DNA from: Octopus sinensis
Lineage: Eukaryota
Length of the DNA stretch: 64,000 bases
NCBI RefSeq assembly: GCF_006345805.1
Contig: NC_042998.1
Span: 56,978,001 to 57,042,000, forward strand
Direction of reading: 5' to 3'
In this document: positions 25,482-38,717 of the stretch, piece by piece
Layout: each line of letters starts with the position of its first letter
Numbering within the stretch: the stretch's first letter is position 1
Notes under the pieces: model-generated
What the model was told of the DNA's origin: nothing
Seen by the model: only the letters and a program-made list of their open reading frames with translations
Database searches by the model: none
Program-made: the position numbers and the translations under genes

Positions 25482-25900
25482 AAGGTGGCAAGCTGGCACA
25501 ATCGTCGTAACCGCGCCAGGAAAATGCTTAGTGGTATTTCATCCGCGATTACGTTCTGGGTTCAAATCCCATCGAAGTCGACTTTGCTTTTCATCATTTT
25601 GGGTTCGATAAAATATGTACCAGTTGAACACTGGGGTTCAATGTAATCACAAAATTTGAAATGAATATAAATGTCTTCAAAGACGCGAGCTGGCAGAAAC
25701 GTTGGGACGCCAGGCAAAGTGCTTAGCGGCATTTCGTCCAACTATATGTTTTGAGTACAAATTTCGTCAACGTTGACTTTGCCTTTCATACTTTCGAGGT
25801 CGATAAAATAATTACCAGTTGAGGACAGGGGTCGATGTAAACGACTTGCCCCCCAATCGTCCGAACTTTCTAGCCTTGTGCCAAAATTTGAAACCAATAT
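25482..25900 (+). mobile_element. Two tandem family E copies (25482-25647, 25679-25900)
   Basis: Head, core and AAATTTGAAACCAATAT tail motifs. Confidence 0.78.
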
Positions 25901-28399
25901 ATGTGAATACAAATCAGAGCAAAATGGTTATGCTGATTTGTAATTTGGCTAAATATTATTCCTTAGTAAAGAATGCATGTTCTTTATAAGGACAGAGAAT
26001 AAAGGAATTGAAATAACATGACTGAGCATCAAACCTATATCACAGACTAACATCATTCTAAATTCCTTGAACTATGTGCATATTGCTAAAGCTCTTTCAA
26101 ACCACACCCTACGATCTTAAATATAAAAAGATACACTGGGCAATGCATCTCCTGGTGTTGAAGAAGGGCGGAATTTTTACGGTTAGAATATTTTTGATAA
26201 TAGGTCTGCTGAAACGTGGCTGACCTGGAGGTAAACAGGAAATACAATAAATGAAAGTTATTAATTATTTTATCATCTGTTGCTTCCCACTACCATTACT
26301 TTTGAAGATATTGCTTGGTGAAACTCGAGACATTCTACTATAATGTCATATCACAGCAAGTTTTTTTTTCCAAACAGGAAACTTACAGAAATTTTACTAA
26401 ATGCATTTATGATAACAGATGGCCAAACCATTAGTTGTTACTGTTTGAATGAAATAGTCAACAGTTCGCTTTCTATCAATGGCATTCCACTGTGTTCCTT
26501 GTGAAGATGTTTAATTATTCCTTGCTTCCTTAACCTAGTTGTTTAGGAGTATCTTATTGAAGTACATTGAAGTAATGTGGAGCGAATAATGTATGACTAT
26601 CAAGTGTTTTGTTAGGTTGCGTTGATAAAGGTTCACTTCAAATCTTTAAATTGGAGTAATGTCTACAATAAACAGAACGGCCCGATTAATATATTAGTTT
26701 CTTCTTTAAGTATAAGATCATTTTGTGGCTGAATCAAAGGAAAAAAAGACAGCGTCCATGACCTTTGTATGGTTTCCGAGACTAGTGATGAGCTAAGAAG
26801 AGAAACCACGACACACCGTCTTCCACACAGTTTCCATCTATCCATTATCACCCACAAGGAATGTAGCTGAAATAAAGTTGTTAAGGTGCCACGCAGTGGG
26901 ATTGAAATCAGAGCCATTGCTTAGAAGGTCATGCTTGCATCGTAATTGTGTAGTGGAGAAAGTATAGGCTATTAAATCGATTTCAGAATATTCAATGGTT
27001 ATAAGGCGCCCAGCTGGTAGAATGGTTCCCCTACCGGGATAGTGCTTAGCGGCATTTCTTCCGACTTTACGTGCTGGGTTCAAATTCCGGCAAGGTCAAC
27101 TTCACCCTTCATAATTTCGGAGTTGATAAAATAAGTACCGTTTAACTGGGGTCGATATAATCGGTTATTCCCCACCCACAAACTTTCGCCAAAACTTGAA
27201 ACCAATATGTATCGGTTGTTATTCTATAGACAGCAAATGGAGTAAGGTTACTTTCAGTCAAGATAAAATTCGAAACCATATCGTATGAATAAGAGAATAG
27301 TTACTTTAAAATATTTAGTCTGTTGTAAAACTTTTCCTGCTGTCTTAATTTTCCTTCCCGAACCAATTAAACCGTTTCAGGACTTGACTGATATCCATTT
27401 TGTTGAATGAGAACTATGGACAAATCGAAACTGGCACTGGGAGGATTTGAATGCAAAACAGAAAAGAATACAATTAAATAAATAGAATAAAATATTTTGT
27501 TGAGGACATCCCTAGCATTTCAATGAATGAGACTATTGATTTCTTATTACAAGATTTGAAGAGTAGATGGCAAATGTATAGCGAGTCGAGATTGCTATAC
27601 GGTTTCAATTCTTAGTGGAAGTAATTTCAGCTCACTTAAATTTCTAAGATATTTGGGAAAGGCATGAAATGTGTCGATTCTCTTGTTATCTTTCAGCAAA
27701 ATGTAAAACCTTTGTCTCTAGCCAAAACAAATTTATTGATCGTTGCTATCATTTAGCACAGGTGAATACTTATATAGTGGATGGATCTATGATCAAAGTC
27801 TTTGCCGGATGTCTTTTAACGACTATGCAGGACGACATTATCTAATATATTCTTTATTTAAGATACAGAAAAATCACTCGTTGACTTGTCACTCAATTGA
27901 TTTCATGTTTATGCACGAAAGAAAAACAAAACAGGAAGCAAGAAAAATAATAACCAGTTTTGATACCCGGTTTGAGCTAATTTACTTCACATACTCCAGT
28001 AATTTCTTTCAATAAAACATAACTATTGCATGTGCCAGTTCTTTTCCGATACATTTATGGCCTTGTATCACTGTATTGATTTTAGACTTAAGTACAAGGC
28101 TATAAATGTACAGTAGAAGAAATGACACTTGCAAATTTCCCAAAGGAATTAACGCAGTGTGTGAAATGACTTAACTCGAAACTGGTGATCAAAACAGGTC
28201 TGTGAACTTGGTTTGCTGGAATCTTATCTGTTATTACATGACTTGCTACTGTTAATGTGTATCCTAATCAGTAATGCACAAACATATTTACGGCATGTTG
28301 GTGATAATCAACCCGTAAATATGCAACCCATCAAGCACAGTACTACTGATATTCTGCAATTTCGTCATGGGTTAGCATCTATCGTTCAACTAGTGTTCC

Positions 28400-29420
28400 A
28401 GTCATGGCAAACACCTCTTTTCACACGTAATATTACAACAAATTAGAGTTCCAATCTACTTGTCCCTTTTTCAGATGATAGAGATTGGTTTGGTGGGGAT
28501 TTGTTAGCAATGCTAACAGATGGGGAGACTGCATTGAAGCCTACCTCAGATCGTCACCAACCACGCAGACATCAAGGGCTGAATTAGCTATCGTTCAGTA
28601 TTTCAGTCTCGCACATTTATGACCGGAATTTGGATTCTTCGAAGGGATATTTTGCTTTTCATAACCTACGTCATTTTCTTTTAGGTAACAGCTATTGAAT
28701 CAACCTCTCGTCAATAAACAAGTGATTTAGTGCTAGCGTATTCCATTAAGTACATATGATAATCAGGGATTGTAGAGGACTTCTTTGGCTTAGAGTTTTG
28801 TAGCAACAACTACGCAGTAATTGTAACCAAGACGTTTAAACTCTTAAATTGACAACACCCACTAGTCCTTGTTAGATTACACGATGTTGTATAACCCGCT
28901 TCAGTAGAAAAACTATAAGCGACGGGAGATTAGACAACTTGAGTTCCATTTTTAATTCGATTAATCCACAGGAAATTCTTCAAGTCATAGTGTAGCGTCT
29001 AGTCAAGGGGTGAATGAGCCTATAAAAAGCAAGTGAGACCAGGGAGAAGTACTGTCCTAAATCAGTCATTGCCGACAGTGTTAGGTCATAACTACTGGAA
29101 ATTGCTACTCAATTTGAATATTTAAATGCTTATGGTCAGAAAGAGAACGCGATACTGATGATAAGATCAAACTAGTGACCTATCGGTGGATTAAAGGACC
29201 TTTATCGGCTGCCTTTAGTACCACATCATTTTTTTTGAATGAATATTAAAAAATAAATGCTTTATTTATAAAGAAGACACAATGCCTAATACCTTCTCAA
29301 GCTCTCTAGGTTGTTGAGATTGAAGAAGTCAATGGGCAATATTAACCCCTGGTGTGAGGAAGCAGACTCCATAGGACTAGGATTTAGGGTTGAAAGGACT
29401 GGGAATGGTCAGTGTAAAAA
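28400..29420 (-). pseudogene. Highly degraded PLE reverse transcriptase remnant (tentative)
   Basis: Minus-strand PFNPKS and KKNDVVLKAADKG resemble the PLE RT N-terminal F.PKS and IK.ADKG motifs; the rest is not confidently alignable by eye. Confidence 0.35.
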
Positions 29421-30673
29421 CTTCAGAATGAGGCACAGATATGGTGTCGAGAGGAGGAGGGAAAGGTGTTAGAGGGGGGCTTTGATGGAGGCGGTATGCA
29501 ACTAACTAATTATGAAGAACACAAACCATAGTAGTGGCAGAATGAGAATATATATATGCATATATATATATAGGGAGAGAGAGAGAGAGAGTCGTTGGAG
29601 TTAATGTATTTGTGGAGGAGTCTTTGCTAATCAGTCTAAAGTCTTTATTTTGGATGTCATCCTCATGTCTATGTAAGTAAATTGTATCTTATTTGAGTTT
29701 TCCAATTGATTTTATGGCCCTGGATAGGAAGGCTGCTCATTAGTATGCAACTTTTGTAATGTTATAAATATGAAATCACCTAGAAAAACTATACGTATCG
29801 AAGATTGTGAGACTTAGAATTGTAATGGCCGTGTACGTTTTGTCAGCGTGTTGTCCAAGGGTAGAGAGGGTGAGGTTGAAGATTATTTAGTCGGCATGTG
29901 CAGTGATTGCGTCTTGTGATTATGAACAAAACTAAATTGTCATGTCCTCAGAGAAGAAGGTTATCGGGGAAGCGATGCATATGACCAATGAAAACATCAA
30001 ATTGGCCTCTATAAACTAATCATAATGTGCTACGATGGAGGCAAATTTAATTGTTTGAAATGGCTGACATAGCTCACTGATTAAGTATTTCTTATTCTGG
30101 CAGACTTCTTTTATGAACTTCCACTGTAGTTAAGGAAGGTTCAAAGTGAATAACTAGAATGTCGCAAAAGCGAAACTAAAGATTTCGTTTTCGGTGATGC
30201 AGTTGTGTTAATCATAATTTAGTATTTAATCTCAATGTAAGTCCGAAACATCTTTTGGACCTTTTCTTTTTTTTATCAAAATAAAATATTTATCTAGAAA
30301 ATTTTTCACAAAACGTACATACACTTACATAAAAAACACCCAAATATATAGGAACGCACGCACACAAACACACAAGCACACGCGCATGCGTGCGTGGGTG
30401 TGAGTACCTACATGCTTGCACATTTAAAAATTTGTTTTTACAAGAAAAATAAAGATTAACATCACGTATGTGGAAAGGACAGAAAAGTAACAAGTGAATA
30501 TTAAGCCCATCTAGGGCTGTGTTGCGGTCTCAATATTCGGTTAAAGACATTTCAATTCCCTTGCGTTGCTAATATCATCTTAGAAGGAAATAATGTCACA
30601 ACTCACTGTTTTCCTTCTTCTGAGAAGACCGTGCTTGTGTTTGGAGAAAACATGGCAACCGTTTTATCAAGAA

Positions 30674-31066
30674 CTAGCAGTATCGCCCGGCGTTGCTCGG
30701 GTTTGTAAGAGAAATAACTATAAAGCATTTTTAGAGAGTTATAGCCAAAAAATAGCAAAAAATGCATTAAAAATGGAAAAAAAATTATGGTAAATTTTTT
30801 TAAAATCGTTGACTCATCGTAGACATTTTTAGAGAGTTACTTCCCTTATATTAAAAAAAATATGCATTAAAATGGAAAAAAAGGATGGTAAATTATTTTT
30901 AAAATTGTAGACTCATCGTAGACGCGCGCTAATACCCAGAAGGGCTTGATATGAATCACGACTATAAGATACCCGGTTTTGGTTAAACTGCACCGCAAAA
31001 TGTGGGAGTAGTTAGTAATCTAAATCGGAGTAGACAGACACACAACCTTTCTTTTATATATAAAGA
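30674..31066 (-). mobile_element. Non-autonomous Helitron-type element
   Basis: Minus strand A|TC...ACCCGAGCAACGCCGGGC hairpin...CTAG|T; internal ~97-bp tandem duplication (30727-30921). Confidence 0.78.
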
Positions 31067-32281
31067 TATAACAACAGCAATAACCGCAATAACGATTCAG
31101 CAAGATATTCTCTATTTGGCTTACACGATATAGCAACCCAAAACTTCCAATTCCACTTTATCGACTTGATAATGTAGTCGTAGATATATCATATCCGAAG
31201 AAAGAAAAACAGAAAACTGATGGATGGTCACAGAAAAGAAAGTCTTTTATAACATGTCTGTTGGATCGGGGTTGACCAAGGGTTAAACAGTAATTACAGC
31301 GACAACTATTAATGAAAATAGCAAGAGTAACAACAACAATAACTACGAAACAGCAACAAATGCAACATTGGTAATTATATCAACGACAATAATGACGACA
31401 AGAAAAACACGATCAGCAACAACGAGAACAAGAAATACAAAACTAGTAAATTAAATAAAAGCAATATTTATCCCACGCACTCAGGTAGTCGTGTCAGCTG
31501 TTTTGAATTAACTTGATTGAAGATGCTTATCAATGGGTTACGCTGTCCTACTGACATAACAAGATAGTTGGGTCGGAGTACATGAGATAGTTATAAGAAT
31601 ATCGATAGAGTAAATGATGTTTATAAAACTAGGCAGCAACCTTTGGTTGTACAATCGATCCATCCGGAATCTTAGCATCTATGCTATGACACTCACCACC
31701 AGCACAATGTGTAAAAGTGGTACATTAAGGTAAACATGTAGCGTACTTATTGCTTGTTGAAATCTTAACAGCAACAAAACAGGTTTAAACGTTTACACTG
31801 GACGGATTATACTGGAGTATCGCGTGGATTTGTTTTCTTTTTGTTTTCTCGTGTGTATATAAAACTTCCACTATTTTTCAAAGCATCCAAACAACAAGAG
31901 AGTTGGTAATCTGGGACAGTTCATTGTGAGACGTGAAAATCTTTTGAAAGATAGAAAAAACTGAAAAAGAAACAAAAAGAAAAGATTTTGCGCAGAAAAT
32001 TTATAACAGGAGTCGCGACGACGTTTTGCTATTGTGTATAATAAGTGTTACGATTTTAGCATTTCTTTAAAAAATTATCTTTGTAATTTATTCTGTAGTT
32101 ATTTGACCTAGTTTTATTTATAATTATAAGTTTTCTTGATTGATTTATTCATAAGAGATTTGGTTGCATTCAATGAAAAGTAGTTATGTCATGCTTTCTG
32201 AAATAGGCCAAAGACATCAGTTTTTAGGGGATAGGGGCTACTCGATACCATTTACGCTAGTACTTGACTAGTACTTCATTT

Positions 32282-32318
32282 GGATCTTTTCGGTTTGAAC
32301 GGCAGTTTTTTCTAGCTG

Positions 32319-32322
<4 letters not shown>
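32282..32322 (+). mobile_element. Left end of the MITE family seen at 42116-42532, truncated at a (TA)n tract
   Basis: GGATCTTTTCGGTTTGAACGGCAGTTTTTTCTAGC matches the terminal inverted repeat. Confidence 0.8.
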
Positions 32323-32384
<62 letters not shown>

Positions 32385-32470
32385 TTGATACTTTGATACT
32401 TTGATAGGTTCGCCATTATTGGCCCAGGCCATGTCTAACTTAATAGCACCACCTGGTGAAGTCTTTCAAG

Positions 32471-35400
32471 TCAGAATTTGGGCACTATGGCCCACTCAAG
32501 TAGAGAGTTATTGTTTACAGAGACATATCCGGGTGTAGGGGGTTTATCCGGGATTTCTTGAAGGAATCTGTCCAAAGACTTCTTGAACCCTATAGGGTCA
32601 GTTTCTGTTTTAATGTGTTTTGGTGTAATGTTAAAGAGAGCGGGGCCAATTGAGTGAAATAATTGTGCCGTATTGTTGTTATGAGATGAGAGTGCGATTT
32701 TTGTTTTGGGCGGATGGCACGGGGCCCAAGCCTTGGATGTACCTTAAAGGTGATGCCAACATCATTTGGGCAATGCTGATGGAATTTTTCCACATCATGC
32801 AGATGATGTAGCGCTCACGACGACGTTGGAGAGAATAGAGTTTTAGCTTTTCTAGTCGACCCCAATAGTCGAGGCCTGTCATGCCATCTATCTTTTTTGT
32901 GATTGCCCTTTGAGGTGATTCAACTTTTATGATGCCTTGTATTGTGTGGGGAGACCACAGTGGACAACAGTATTCAAGGTGGGGTCGGGCAAAAATGGAG
33001 AAGAGAAGGATAATGGTGTGGATATCTCTCGACTGGAAAGTTCTGAGAATCCAGGAAAACATTCTGCGGGCCATGTCAACGTTGGTGTTTATATGAGTGG
33101 CCCAGCTTATGTTGTTGTCCACAATTACTCCCAAGTCTCTGATGTTGTTGGACGCCGCGAGAGTTTCCTGAAGGAAGGGAGTATGGGAGTTTCAGGGTCC
33201 TCTTTTCCAAAGTGGATTAGCTCAAATTTATCCTCGTTCAGCAGCATAATGTTTTTTTCTGCCCATTGGATAACAGCCAGTAGATCTGACTGAAGGCATG
33301 TCCGGTCACTCGCCTCATTTATGACCTTCTGTAGCTTGGAGTCATCTGCAAAGATTTTTATGTTGCTGTGCTTGATGATGTCATTAATGTCATTAATGTA
33401 AATGATGAAAAGAAGTGGGCCCAGCACAGTGCCTTGCGGAACGCCACTACTGACTTTGGCTGGGCTTGATTTTACCCCTTCAACTACAACATGTTGAGAT
33501 CTGTCTGTCAGGAAACACTTGATCCATTTCAGTAACTTTCCAGAGACACCAATGTTGGATAGTTTTTTCAATAGGATCTTGTGATCGACCCTGTCGAAGG
33601 CCTTACTGAAATCAAGGTAGATGACATCGGTGTTGGAGCCCTCTCCCAAAGCTCTCAAAATGTCCTCAAAGTGATGCAGGAGCTGCGTTAGGCAGTCCCT
33701 TCCATTACGGAACCCATGTTGGTTGGAGATCAGCCGTCTGTTGCTTTCCAGAAATTGGGTTATTCGAGATCTCACCACCCTCTCAAATACCTTGATGATA
33801 TGAGAGGTGAGTGAGATCGGACGGTAATTCACTGCAAGGGACTTGTTTCCTTTTTGAAAACTGGGACAACAGACTGGGACAGAAGGTTTTTTGGAATATA
33901 GCCAGCATCCAGTGAGTTTCTCCACAGATTAGCAAGGGGAGATGCAAGTTGGTGTCGACACACCTTCAGGACACAAGCAGGGAACCTATCGGGGCCTACT
34001 GCTGAATTGTGTTTTATTTCGTTTATCGCCGCTAAGACATCAGGGGCACTAAACGTTATGTCCGATATAGTGTGTTGGGGGTTGACATCACTGATACAGC
34101 CCAGATCGGCCATATCAGGATTGCTGAAAACAGAGCAGTATTGTTTCTGCAGTATCTCGGCAATGGATTTGGCATTATCTTGGAGAGTGCCAGTTTCGTC
34201 AATTAGAGGGCCTACAGTGGAGACAGTGACCCTGCGTTTCCTCGCAAATGAAAAGAACACTTTGGGGTTGAGTTTGATTTTTTCAATGGCCCACTTCTCC
34301 TCAGCTGATCTTTGGTTATGATGAGGGTCTTCATGCATTGTTGGAGGTTATATTTTTTGGATTCAAGCAGTGCGATAGCCGTCGAATGTGTGTGTTGCTG
34401 TTGGCAGTACTTTAGTTTGTTAATTTTTTTGTTTGTTCTTTTTATTTTTCTGATAATGGCTTTTCTGTTTTGGGGGATTCTGCACTTTTTGTTCACAGGT
34501 CTTGGTGGGGAGTGTTTTGCACATATGTCTGTGACGGTGTCTACAAAGATCTGCCAAGATGTTTTATGGTTGGTGGAGATGTGTGTATGTGTAAAGGACC
34601 AGTCAACATGTGATAGCTCGTTCCTGATTGCATCCCAGTTGGCATTATGGAGATCCATGTTGTCAAATGGGTGGGGGAGGAAGGTCACTAGGATTAGCTT
34701 TCGGCTGGTGGAATTTCATGTTACAGAGAACCATGTCATGGTCTGAAGAAGGGTTTTTCCACTGTAACGTTATGTATAGTGTTAGTGTGGTTACTAAACA
34801 CTAGGTCCAAAATGTTCTGATGTCTTGTTGGTGCAAGGACAAGTTGGGACAAGAAAAAACTCATTCGTAAAGTCGAAAAGTGACTCTGCTGCTTCTTTGT
34901 CAGCGGTTGAGGCGAGAGTGCTTGGTTTCAAACAGTTTGTAGTCCAGTCAACACAGGGTAGATTGAAGTCTCCCATCATGAGTATGTTGCTAGAATGGCA
35001 CTGTTGAATAAAGCACTTAATGCTGTTGAGGCATTCTTTAAAGCACAGTATGGGTGTTTGGGGCGGCCTATAGAGCCCAATTACTGTCAGGTCATTGGCT
35101 TTGTTGTGCACGGTGACTGATTCACAGTAGCCGTTGGAGAATATACTATTTCCATCTGCCGTAAATGAATCATGCAGGAAAATGGCAGTTCCACCCTTCC
35201 TCCTGCCGATACGATCCGCGCGGATGGTTGTGAAATTCTTCACTCTCACTTCGGCTTCCAAGTGGGAGTTGTCAAGGTGGGTTTCAGTGAGAATGAAGAA
35301 AGGGATGTGGTGTGAATGGTTACCAACCCAGTCTTCAATGAATTGGACCTTCCATTTTTGTGCATTGATGGAAGGGCTGACACCTTGTGCATTGAGTAGG

Positions 35401-35477
35401 AATGTGGAGGTTAGTGTAGTGGCTGGTTTTGACTGTTGCAGGGGGCTTGGATTTTTTGTGTGTGTTAGTGGCAGCAA
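32471..35477 (-). pseudogene. LINE ORF2 (APE endonuclease + RT), split by frameshifts
   Basis: LLNAQG, LTETHL, RADRIGRRKGGTAIF, LYRPP, MGDFN; NYRPISLTSH, LDFSKAFDRVDH, SGVPQGTVLGPLLF, FADDSKL, LEYCCPLWSP, LQRRRERY; ends ...LLEWAIVPKF* at 32471. Confidence 0.92.
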
Positions 35478-36689
35478 TGTGGGGATTGGTGCACTGGGGT
35501 AATAGCATAGGATGGTGTTGAGTGATGGTTAGAATGTTTTTGTGTATCTCTTTTGCCATGTTCAACATGGCTAAAAAAGAATTTTCCTGCTTAGGGAGCA
35601 GTTTTGGCTGGAGGTGTGGTTGCACTGTTGGATAGGGTTGTAGTTTCCACTTTTGTTGTTGTTGTTTTTGTGTCTTCCTGAAAAGACTGGACCAGCATTA
35701 CTGCAGCATGGTGTGTTTCTATTTTTATTTTATTCAGGTTTGTGTGTTGGCTTGAAGCCCCGTTTCTGTTTGTGCGTCGGGTCCCTGGAAGATGAGTGAA
35801 GGGACAGTCACTCAGCAGACATGTTCTCTCACGTTGGGAATACCGGCAGATTTTGGGACTCCGAGTTGTGTGTATTTTGAATTTCGATTTACTATTTGGT
35901 GGTGTTGATGTTATTGTGGGATGCGTGCTTTGGCCTTGGCCGGTAGTGCGTCTAGTGCCGGGTAGATGCGTGAAGATGCAGTCACTATTTGTGCAGAGTC
36001 TCTGGCGCAGTGAATAGCGGCATATTTGGGGATTTCTTGTTTGTGCCGTGGGGGGCGCATTCTGCTTCCTATGTTTCTTTAAGTTTTTGTTACTGCAGTA
36101 GTATTGAGGTGGTGATGTGGGGGAAGAGGGCAGTGGTTTCTTATTTGGTTTTCTGTTGGTATTTTTGGTGATAGAAGACGATGGTGGCAGCGGTGGTGAT
36201 GATGATGATGATAATTGTGGTGGTTGCCGTGAGAGCGGTGAAAAGATACTGGCATTTAGTGAATCATCTAGTAAGCTAGAGTTGAGGAGTGGCTGTTGTT
36301 TCTTGTTGCTGTGGCTGTTGTTGTTGTTGTTGTGCTTGACCGATGTTAGGGTCAGCCATTGTGCTGGGAACCAGGAGTGGCTCATTCTGTTGTTGTTGTT
36401 GTTGTGGCTGCTGATTTTCTAGCTGTTGCTGTTCTTGAACTGTGAAAATATGAAGAAGCTTTTCATAATGGCCTTTTGTCAGTTTGAAAGATACTTCGAT
36501 ATGTTTCAGTTTGCTATGAATCTGTTTGACGGATCGTGTGTTGACCACTTGTGATGTTTTTTCGGCAATATCATTCAAACACAAAACATTTAGATTTTCT
36601 GTTTGGGAAAGAGAGAACCATGTGTTTATTAAAACATCAATTTCGTTATCAGACCAATTTCGTCTGTTGCAGGCCTGCAAGATAGTCAT
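35335..36689 (-). pseudogene. LINE ORF1: Myb/SANT-like N-terminus, Gln-rich linker, two C-x8-C-x4-C-x3-H fingers (frameshifted)
   Basis: NWSDNEIDVLINTW...RSVKQIHSKLKHI; CRYSLRQRLCTNSDCIFTHLPGTRR and CRYSQRERTCLLSDCPFTHLPGTRR. Confidence 0.72.
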
Positions 36690-37036
36690 GTTTGTTTTTC
36701 TTTTGTTTGTTTTCCTTTTGATTTTTGAATATATATATTCTTTCTTGGGAGTTAAAGAAGTGTATATATATATAAATGTTCTCTCTTAAGGGTGTGAGTT
36801 TTTGATTATTTGGTTGTTTGAGGATATTAAAAGAAAAACAGGTGTATATAACAATTTGTAGTTAAATGAAAACGTACTTACGGGTTTGTAGGCAAACACG
36901 TGGTTACAAATATATATATATTTAAGGTCAGTTAGGTTTTGAAGCTGTGTAGCTTGCTACTGACTTGGGAGAGAAACAAATAGACGTCCGTCCACTTCAA
37001 CAGTTATATCTATATATATATAATATATATATAATA

Positions 37037-37069
<33 letters not shown>

Positions 37070-37090
37070 GTATATATATATATATATATT

Positions 37091-37128
<38 letters not shown>

Positions 37129-37257
37129 TCGGATTTTGGTAATTTGTCTTTCGAAACACGTGAGAAGAATGAAATAAAACGATTTCTGTCAATCTGCGTT
37201 CAGCTATTTCTTCAATTCATATATATATATATATATATATATATGATATTATTATTA

Positions 37258-37299
<42 letters not shown>

Positions 37300-37320
37300 A
37301 TATACATATATCTATATAAT

Positions 37321-37541
37321 ACCAATTAAGGACTGAACACGAAAAGTGGACAGTCAACATGCTAGATATAGACGTCAAATCGCCATTCTCCACAAGATTA
37401 TATTCCAAATCAAACTCAGCACAATTATTTATTGCTTTGGTTTTGTGCTGAGTTTGATTTGAAACATAATCTTTGTGAGAAATGGCGTTTCTCTTTATCT
37501 CCATGTTGCTGTCCACTTTTCGTGTTCAGTCCTTAATTGGT
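37321..37541. repeat. 221-bp imperfect palindrome (MITE-like) in TA-rich DNA
   Basis: Arms 37321-37424 and 37443-37541 are reverse complements. Confidence 0.85.
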
Positions 37542-37569
37542 TATATAAATATTTTAATCTTCGTATCTT

Positions 37570-37635
37570 TTTAATATGCTAGACCACTGGTTTTAATTGA
37601 TAAATATCAATTTCTACCCTTAATTAATTCTATAT

Positions 37636-37674
<39 letters not shown>

Positions 37675-37839
37675 ATATATATATATATGATATATATATA
37701 TATAATATATATATATATACATATATATATTATACATATATATTATATATATATATATATATATAATATATATTATAGTATATATATATATATATATAGA
37801 TATATATACATTATATATATATACATATATATATATTAC

Positions 37840-37870
<31 letters not shown>

Positions 37871-38045
37871 CATATATATATATATCATATATATATATAC
37901 ATATATATATACATATATATTAATATATATATATATGATACATATATACAATATATATATATATATTATATATTATATATATATATAACATATATATATA
38001 ATATACACACACACATATATATATATATATAGATATATATATAAT
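37570..38045. repeat. Long imperfect (TA)n tract
   Basis: Seen directly. Confidence 0.95.
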
Positions 38046-38186
38046 TGAAATGATAAATGAATTATCTTGTTACGGATTATTCAAAATTAACCGATACTGG
38101 GTAGCAAAAATCACAACAGAAAAAACCCGGTTGAAGTTACGACCATGGGGTGTCGCAATCGTGCCTTAGCGCGGATATTTGAAGTT

Positions 38187-38286
38187 TATATATTTAGTGA
38201 AGGGAATAAATGGAGCTGAACGAAGATTCTACAGAATAAAAGGAATTATGTAATAATCTTCGTTCATATCCATTTATTCCTTCACT

Positions 38287-38295
<9 letters not shown>
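38187..38295. repeat. ~40-bp-arm hairpin
   Basis: TATTTAGTGAAGGGAATAAATGGA...GAACGAAGATT versus AATCTTCGTTC...TCCATTTATTCCTTCACTAAATA. Confidence 0.8.
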
Positions 38296-38380
<85 letters not shown>

Positions 38381-38421
38381 ATATATATATGTATATGTGT
38401 TGTGTGTGTGTGTGTGTGTAT

Positions 38422-38717
38422 GGAGGCGTAATGGGACAGTGGTTAGGGCAGTGGACTCGCGGTCGTAGGATCGCGGTTTCGATTCCCAGACCGGGAGTTG
38501 TGAGTGTTTATTGAGCGAAAGCACCTAAAGCCCACGAGGCTCGGGCAGGGGGTGATGGCGATCCCTGCTGTACTCTTTCGCCACTCTTTCTTCCGTTGGC
38601 TTGCTCGCTTAGCCAGCGGGGTGGCGTCATTTGAAGGCTAAAACAATGCGAGGCGCATTGTGACCAGCGATGTATAGCAACATCTGATTGCCTGGTCGGT
38701 CACACTGATCACGGTGA
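38422..38717 (+). mobile_element. tRNA-derived SINE family B
   Basis: GGAGGCG...AGTGGTTAGGGCAGTGGACTCGCGGTCG...GGTTTCGATTCC head; homologous inverted head at 49512-49682. Confidence 0.8.

Larger units (their letters stand above)
32383..36960 (-). mobile_element. Apparently full-length CR1-type LINE (5' boundary approximate)
   Basis: 5' UTR, ORF1, APE and RT ORF2, short 3' UTR and (ATCAAAGT)n tail abutting (TA)n. Confidence 0.92.

Noticed and set aside
27500-28450. ORFs 27743-28015 and 28213-28446 as host exons
   Set aside because: No recognisable protein motif or convincing splice context; probably decayed transposon sequence.
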